Positions 28,601 to 32,582 of a DNA stretch of 32,582 nucleotides are shown one piece after another; within the stretch, counting starts at the first letter, position 1, and the number at the start of each line of letters is the position of its first letter. The stretch covers positions 1 through 32,582 of IMG/VR virus record IMGVR_UViG_3300010389_000069, one strand, 5' to 3'. The stretch comes from a virus (taxonomy: Duplodnaviria > Caudoviricetes). The position numbers and the translations under genes were made by a program. The notes below the pieces were generated by a model. The model saw nothing but the letters and a program-made list of their open reading frames with translations. It had not been told where the DNA came from and did no database searches.

Positions 28601-30593
28601 ACAACTCAAAGGGTCTCCTGGTGTCCCCATTTTTGAATTTTCTCCAGATGATAATCTTGGTGGTCCTGTTGGTAGGTCTGATACCGTATTGCCTACACAA
28701 AAGGCAGTTAGAGATTACATTAATAAGACTTCCGTTTTAGGAAACTTTATTGGTCTCAACAAAGGCACCTCAAGTATTCCTGGTCTTATTGTCCAATTGG
28801 ATGCTACTGGCAAGATTGATTCTTCACAGATTCCACAGACATCAACTTTTGTTGTATATACTGTAGAAACAGAAGCAGAAAGATTACAAGCATATATTCC
28901 TGTAGCAACTAAGACAATTGTAAGCAATACTGCTAATACAATCACTCTCAATAATGTTACAAATTTGGTTGATGGTTTAGTCGTCACTGGCACAAATATT
29001 CCCAACAATACCAGAATCGTAATCGGTGGTATTGATGTTGTAACTAATACTATTACCGTTGACCAGACATTACCAACCAGTCCTGATTTAACTGTTGGTG
29101 ATTCTCTTGGTTTCTTGGGAGATGCACTAAAAGCAGGTGACATTGTTATTCAGAAGAATGAAGCAGATGGAGACCCATTAACTCTTCTACAAACTTGGAT
29201 TCTAACAGGTCTCCCCGCAACAGATGCAAACAACTGGGAGTTGATTGCTCTCAACCAGTTAGATGCTGCTGCTATTGTTTCTGGTCTTATTTCACCATCC
29301 AGATTGGGCACTGGTGTTGCGAATGATGATACTTATCTAAACGGTCTCAACAAATTTACACCAGTTGTTAAAGGTATTTTACCACCAACAAATTCTGCTA
29401 TTACTGTTGCAGGCACAGCAGAAACTCTCAAGAAAACTGGCACACCAGTAAATATTTCTGCTATTGCTTGGGCATCCGATATTGCCACAGTAACTACTTC
29501 TACACCTCACTTATTGACTACTGGTGATTATGTGGAAGTTGAGCAAGTAATTCCAGATACTTACAATGGTCTATATCAAGTAACTGTAACTAGTGGCACA
29601 GAATTTACTTATGCTAGAGCAGGTGCGCCAGGAAGTTATCTTTCTGGTGGTCTAGTAACATCTGGTGAATTGAATGAAAGTGGATTTGTTGAGTTAGATG
29701 TTAATGCTGTTTCTTATACAACTGGTCAGGCAAGCGGGTCTAGCTCTCGTGGTGTTGCTAGTTTCTTGTATGACAGATTTACAATCGACACTCAGAATGT
29801 AGTTGATATTCGTGATAAATCAGTTACTTTAGGAAAACTTCAAAACATTGCACCAAAGACATTACTTGGTAATAATGGCACCTTAGCAGCAAATCCACAA
29901 GAAATTGAAATTGGAGTTGGTGTTGCTGGTGTCCCAACATTCCAAGTTTCTCTCCAAACAAACAGATATGTAATGTTTGATGAGAATGTTGGTAAATCAT
30001 ACGGGGCTATCCCAGATTTACAACTAGTCGCTGGTAAAGAATATATTTTCCGTTTGGCAGATGTAACTGGACATCCATTTAATATTGTAACTTCTCCTGG
30101 TGCTATCGGTGCTAATCTCTATACTGATGGTGTGGTTGGCAATGGCAGTGTTAATGTTGGAGACTTAATCAGATTTACTGTCCCACAAGATGCTCCACAA
30201 TTCTTATATTATCAATCTGGATTAGATACTGCTAACTTTGGCATTCTAAAGATTGTCAAAATTGGTGATAACTTAGAAGTTGTAGATTCTACCACCTCAG
30301 CAACAATTGTTTTAGATGCATTCCCTACTTCTAGATTTGATACCGCCGAGTATTTAATTCAAGCAAAGAATACTGTAAATCCTTCATGGGTCCATTCAAC
30401 GAAAATAATGATTGTCCATGATGGAACTAATACATATGTGAATGAATATAGCACTATATTTACAGTAAAATCACTTGGCACATTCACAGCAGAAATTAAT
30501 GCTGGTAACGTAGAGTTAAAATATACTCCTGCTTTTGATAACAATGATTATCTCAACAGATTGATTATTCAGAAGAATTACGTCGCAAGTTGA
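25647..30593 (+). CDS. Mosaic tail fibre/tailspike protein with pectate-lyase-like parallel beta-helix
   Basis: TFDQQRQEIN N-terminus; LYVKPNGDDANTG...AFRTIKAA...GKYYE...GDNLRET and SPYTQNCS...SMVVDAFTQ...SITNSATNFG motifs; C-terminal VHDGTNTYVNEYS domain. Confidence 0.85.
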   Translation: MALRNVPKSYTFDQQRQEINSLAGDVGDITQLASGLPSVVAAINQITAGSADGGELLNGPAAPTAGDGANGDFWLDTSTNDLYGPKENGAWPTSTISFSEQILSGVVAPLSTLGKENDYYFDSAKKELYGPKTTSGWGTPTPLGEADYQNVLYVKPNGDDANTGASPSKAFRTIKAAAKAAAATDGNTTIRVATGKYYEDNPIYLPNGTSIVGDNLRETIVIPENEGRDIFWVTSGCYINYMVFEDNFTGGLGYLETEPTDNRTLTAVDQTFRVLPGHTLQKIDGVYPDSGNTIEFRKTNLIASAIADMLAQFPALVNNPDYDQTTCERDLGLIADAIIADLRSGGNVKSIQAGLSYLDANLELIPEIQGEEIEQIYAIERLSYHAQQEILTNWSTDPGWTYSPITQDVAGYPACARAQAYISTLENIITSLMQGGDVPQYYVGPGFILIDQEWMEVIDFDTTTNTFIVNRGVNDPITGESTVAAKHITGAFVSQSAFTWRYAVAYPEQSGYVGKGRVTLNDNDSVVSGNVNTLFTEEFQVGWSIKVNGNSYTIQSIDNDQQLTLTSPVPVGQAATLDIFYVIPPKERIFLSPYTQNCSCISKLGKAVYDSNLGEYDASKTRAGGLFADGAQLDGNSPLESMVVDAFTQIVFGSIGFHLKNDAYAQLVSVFQVFESVGVLAESGGYASITNSATNFGFEGLKAVGFSDNVLPIFAGGQVSSVQNITKTDINTAPSNIVGTTFSSASGGTATRATIEVSIVDIGKFERGQTITISNHVSTPDINGTGKVIDTVDFQNNIITIIENVAYDAVNFVDGGTTGEIEIASGSVYTKINVTGYQAPPIPNYILKIPGLGLDPTGNEHVVGEVLSYDPGNFTEFTTNFPLSNAEISAIANNATAQLFAPSTVNSSSHTFEYVGTGINYTAFPQNGGITDAAKQNVEVKSGKTYVSATDQSGNFSVGPFFNVNLRSGKVTFNGSVALGVLDSLQLKGSPGVPIFEFSPDDNLGGPVGRSDTVLPTQKAVRDYINKTSVLGNFIGLNKGTSSIPGLIVQLDATGKIDSSQIPQTSTFVVYTVETEAERLQAYIPVATKTIVSNTANTITLNNVTNLVDGLVVTGTNIPNNTRIVIGGIDVVTNTITVDQTLPTSPDLTVGDSLGFLGDALKAGDIVIQKNEADGDPLTLLQTWILTGLPATDANNWELIALNQLDAAAIVSGLISPSRLGTGVANDDTYLNGLNKFTPVVKGILPPTNSAITVAGTAETLKKTGTPVNISAIAWASDIATVTTSTPHLLTTGDYVEVEQVIPDTYNGLYQVTVTSGTEFTYARAGAPGSYLSGGLVTSGELNESGFVELDVNAVSYTTGQASGSSSRGVASFLYDRFTIDTQNVVDIRDKSVTLGKLQNIAPKTLLGNNGTLAANPQEIEIGVGVAGVPTFQVSLQTNRYVMFDENVGKSYGAIPDLQLVAGKEYIFRLADVTGHPFNIVTSPGAIGANLYTDGVVGNGSVNVGDLIRFTVPQDAPQFLYYQSGLDTANFGILKIVKIGDNLEVVDSTTSATIVLDAFPTSRFDTAEYLIQAKNTVNPSWVHSTKIMIVHDGTNTYVNEYSTIFTVKSLGTFTAEINAGNVELKYTPAFDNNDYLNRLIIQKNYVAS
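25812..26060 (+). repeat. Two tandem G-x-x-AP...D(F/Y)..D......LYGPK...W repeats
   Basis: LLNGPAAPTAGDGANGDFWLDTSTNDLYGPKENGAW and ILSGVVAPLSTLGKENDYYFDSAKKELYGPKTTSGW. Confidence 0.8.
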
Positions 30594-30599
30594 CATCTG

Positions 30600-30613
30600 T
30601 GCTATAATAAATA
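30600..30613 (+). promoter_or_regulatory. Overlapping extended -10 (TGcTATAAT) and late (AATAAATA) promoters
   Basis: TGCTATAATAAATA upstream of ATG 30639. Confidence 0.65.
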
Positions 30614-30638
30614 TACCGTGTCTTTATTTTGATTATAC

Positions 30639-30848
30639 ATGGCAGTAACTGACTTGAGAGCAAACTTCCAAAACCAACTCAAAGAAATCGATGAGAAAAT
30701 CGAGCAAATTCAAGGAGAGTTGGTAAAAGCAAAAGAATATAAACTAAAACTAGTGGGTGGTCTTGAAACTCTAGAATTGCTAGAGCAGCAAGAATCTTCT
30801 CCTGGAGACCTAGGAGAATTGCCACCAGAAGAAACAACTGAAGAATGA
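30639..30848 (+). CDS. Small coiled-coil hypothetical protein with acidic tail
   Basis: 69-aa ORF with heptad pattern and LKLVGGLETLELL motif. Confidence 0.85.
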   Translation: MAVTDLRANFQNQLKEIDEKIEQIQGELVKAKEYKLKLVGGLETLELLEQQESSPGDLGELPPEETTEE

Positions 30849-30852
30849 TTTC

Positions 30853-30888
30853 AAACCCTTCTTATAAATACATAAGAAGGGTTTTTTT
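30853..30888 (+). terminator. Rho-independent terminator containing a late promoter
   Basis: AAACCCTTCTTAT-aaatac-ATAAGAAGGGTTT 13-bp stem running into T7. Confidence 0.85.
30863..30870 (+). promoter_or_regulatory. T4 late promoter TATAAATA
   Basis: Perfect consensus 25 nt upstream of ATG 30896. Confidence 0.85.
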
Positions 30889-30895
30889 GTGTCTA

Positions 30896-31228
30896 ATGGC
30901 GGCTATTCCTATCAACTTGGTTGTTGAGCAAAAAGCAGATTTTGAAGCGACATTCACTGTCACTGGATCGAATAATGTTGCTTTGGATTTGACTAATTAT
31001 AGTGCCGAGGCAAAAATCAAAAAACACTACACATCTTCATCATCAACTAATTTTGGTGTTTCATTCCTTGACAGGACTGCTGGTCAGTTAAAACTCTCTA
31101 TGAGTAGTTTTGCTACTAGTCTTTTGAAACCAGGAAGATATAGTTATGACATTTTGATTACTTCACCAGGCGGTGTAAAAACTCGCGTGGTAGAAGGACA
31201 AGTTACAGTTACCCCAGGCATCAGCTAA
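30896..31228 (+). CDS. Small virion structural protein, Ig-like/BppU-N-like fibre adaptor
   Basis: MAAIPINLVVEQKADF...LDLTNYSAEAKIKK...GRYSYDILIT...RVVEGQVTVTPG; ATG 30896 lies after the late promoter. Confidence 0.8.
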   Translation: MAAIPINLVVEQKADFEATFTVTGSNNVALDLTNYSAEAKIKKHYTSSSSTNFGVSFLDRTAGQLKLSMSSFATSLLKPGRYSYDILITSPGGVKTRVVEGQVTVTPGIS

Positions 31229-31575
31229 TGGCGGAAGAATATCAAGTAACAATGTCATATAATAATGCAACTAATGTGACATTGGAATCAGCAACCAATA
31301 CTCAAGTATCAACTTCATACATCGTGGCAGAATCACTAGAAGATTTGGGTAACGTAGATACATCTGCGTTAGACAAGACAGGTACTACTACAAATAATTA
31401 TGTAATGGTATATGATGCAGTAGCACAAAAATATAAATTTGTCAATCCAGATGCAGTGCTCTCTGCTGCTGCAGATAGTACTCAAACAATTCAACCAGGA
31501 TTACCACAAGACTTTATCGACACTCTCGATACTGACTTGGATAACTTGATTGATGTTGATGCTGGTTCTTTCTAA
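31228..31575 (+). CDS. Fibre-associated hypothetical protein ending DAGSF
   Basis: 115-aa ORF; LEDLGNVD...NYVMVYDAVAQKYKF fibre-type motif; TAATG coupling. Confidence 0.8.
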   Translation: MAEEYQVTMSYNNATNVTLESATNTQVSTSYIVAESLEDLGNVDTSALDKTGTTTNNYVMVYDAVAQKYKFVNPDAVLSAAADSTQTIQPGLPQDFIDTLDTDLDNLIDVDAGSF

Positions 31576-31585
31576 ATAATAAATA
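31572..31585 (+). promoter_or_regulatory. Late promoters CTAAATA / AATAAATA
   Basis: CTAAATAATAAATA upstream of ATG 31619. Confidence 0.75.
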
Positions 31586-31618
31586 GTAGAAGAAAATCGT
31601 ATCTCGTAGGAAAAACAC

Positions 31619-32582
31619 ATGGCGGCACCAACGATTAAGTTTAAGAGAGGCTCGCAGGCTAATCTGCCAGCTCTCGCCGCAGGTGAGCCCGCGTTTGTTA
31701 ATGATGAATATAATCTATATCTTGGTCTTGACGGCACATCTGGCAACAACAAATTTTTAGGATCTGCTCGTTACTGGGTCAAAGAGACCACAACGACTGG
31801 TCAAGCAGTTAAACTCTATTCACGTACCGATGGTAGTGGTGGTGGTAGCGTTAGTCTTGCATCTCCAGATGTAACCACAGACATCACATTTAAACTACCT
31901 TCTGCAGACGGTGGTAGTGGTAATGTCCTTGTTACTGATGGTAGTGGCAATCTATCATTCCAAGCTCCTGCTGCTTCATCGTTTACTCTTGCTGCAGATT
32001 CTGGCACCAATGATACATTCAATACTGGCGAAACACTAACCTTTACTGGTGGTGAAGGTATTGATACTGCAGTATCAAACAACCAGATTACGATTTCTGC
32101 TGAAGATGCAACTGACACCAATAAGGGTGTTGCATCATTCGACGCAACTAACTTTACTGTTGCTTCTGGTGCAGTAACCATCAACGACGAGTATGTCCAA
32201 GATACTGTTGGTGCTATGGTTGGCGGCAACAGCGAATCTGGTATTTCAGTAACCTATGATGACACTAACGGCAAACTAGATTTCGACGTTGCTGATTTCA
32301 CCATTACTCTTGGTGGCGACCTCACTGGTAATGTAACTATTACTGACCTTGCTAACGCAACACTTACTGCTACTATTGCTGCTGACTCTGTTGCTCTTGG
32401 CACTGATACCACTGGCAACTATGTTGAAGACGTAACTGCTGGTGCAGGTCTTACTAAGACTTCTTCTGCTGGCGAAGGTCAAACTGTTGACCTAGCAGTT
32501 GGCGCTGGCACTGGTATCACAGTTAATGCTGATGATGTCCAAATCAAGAATGCTGGTAGCCTATCCAACGATACCGTAATGG
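31619..32582 (+). CDS. Tail fibre protein, Mtd-N-like N-terminus (3' truncated by window; absent from ORF track)
   Basis: Manual translation MAAPTIKFKRGSQANLPALAAGEPAFVNDEYNLYLG...LPSADGGSGNVLVTDGSGNLSF...TNKGVASFD..., open to the window end; AGGA SD. Confidence 0.88.
   Translation, partial: MAAPTIKFKRGSQANLPALAAGEPAFVNDEYNLYLGLDGTSGNNKFLGSARYWVKETTTTGQAVKLYSRTDGSGGGSVSLASPDVTTDITFKLPSADGGSGNVLVTDGSGNLSFQAPAASSFTLAADSGTNDTFNTGETLTFTGGEGIDTAVSNNQITISAEDATDTNKGVASFDATNFTVASGAVTINDEYVQDTVGAMVGGNSESGISVTYDDTNGKLDFDVADFTITLGGDLTGNVTITDLANATLTATIAADSVALGTDTTGNYVEDVTAGAGLTKTSSAGEGQTVDLAVGAGTGITVNADDVQIKNAGSLSNDTVM

Larger units (their letters stand above)
1..32582 (+). mobile_element. Lytic T4-like cyanomyovirus genome segment (baseplate/tail-fibre module)
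   Basis: Gene order PAAR-gp25-gp6-gp7-gp8-VrlC-like-fibres, very long gp7, NATAAATA late promoters, dense single-strand coding. Confidence 0.93.

Noticed and set aside
30590-30608. Canonical TTGACA/TATAAT promoter
   Set aside because: Spacer is only 7 nt, so only the extended -10 is credible
30845-30895. Extended start of ORF 30845-31228 (likewise TTG 3081 for gp25)
   Set aside because: 30845 lies upstream of the late promoter and crosses the terminator; 3081 is too close to its promoter; the downstream ATGs fit better
4178-32482. Numerous minus-strand and off-frame ORFs (e.g. 19510-19935, 28715-29143, 31816-32229)
   Set aside because: Shadows of long + strand genes with biased codon usage; no RBS, promoters or motifs
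1-32582. CRISPR array, tRNAs, DGR template/variable repeats, introns or homing endonucleases
   Set aside because: I found no long nucleotide-level repeats, cloverleaf sequences, reverse transcriptase or nuclease motifs; the long ORFs are uninterrupted

Overview
Segment of a T4-like cyanomyovirus (Kyanoviridae-like) genome with all credible genes on the + strand. It starts with the end of a GC-rich early-type gene and its terminator (1-322). A cluster of small genes follows, including an AbrB/MazE-like protein, a PAAR gp5.4 spike tip, a small basic YRGQG protein and a DUF1415-like protein. Next comes the late baseplate module gp25-gp6-gp7-gp8, a VrlC-like giant structural protein, a 1648-aa mosaic fibre/tailspike, small fibre-associated proteins and the start of another tail fibre. 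Several T4-type late promoters (NATAAATA/CTAAATA) and two extended -10 promoters are visible. The most notable observations are: (1) strong depletion of all four GWWC tetramers (GAAC/GTTC/GATC/GTAC), matching Dnd phosphorothioate motifs; (2) a candidate pseudoknot versus RBS-sequestering-hairpin RNA switch at 2780-2833; (3) a phycobiliprotein-like two-Cys helical domain nested in the fibre; (4) a five-repeat beta-propeller inserted at the gp7 C-terminus. All calls come from reading the sequence; no database searches were run.
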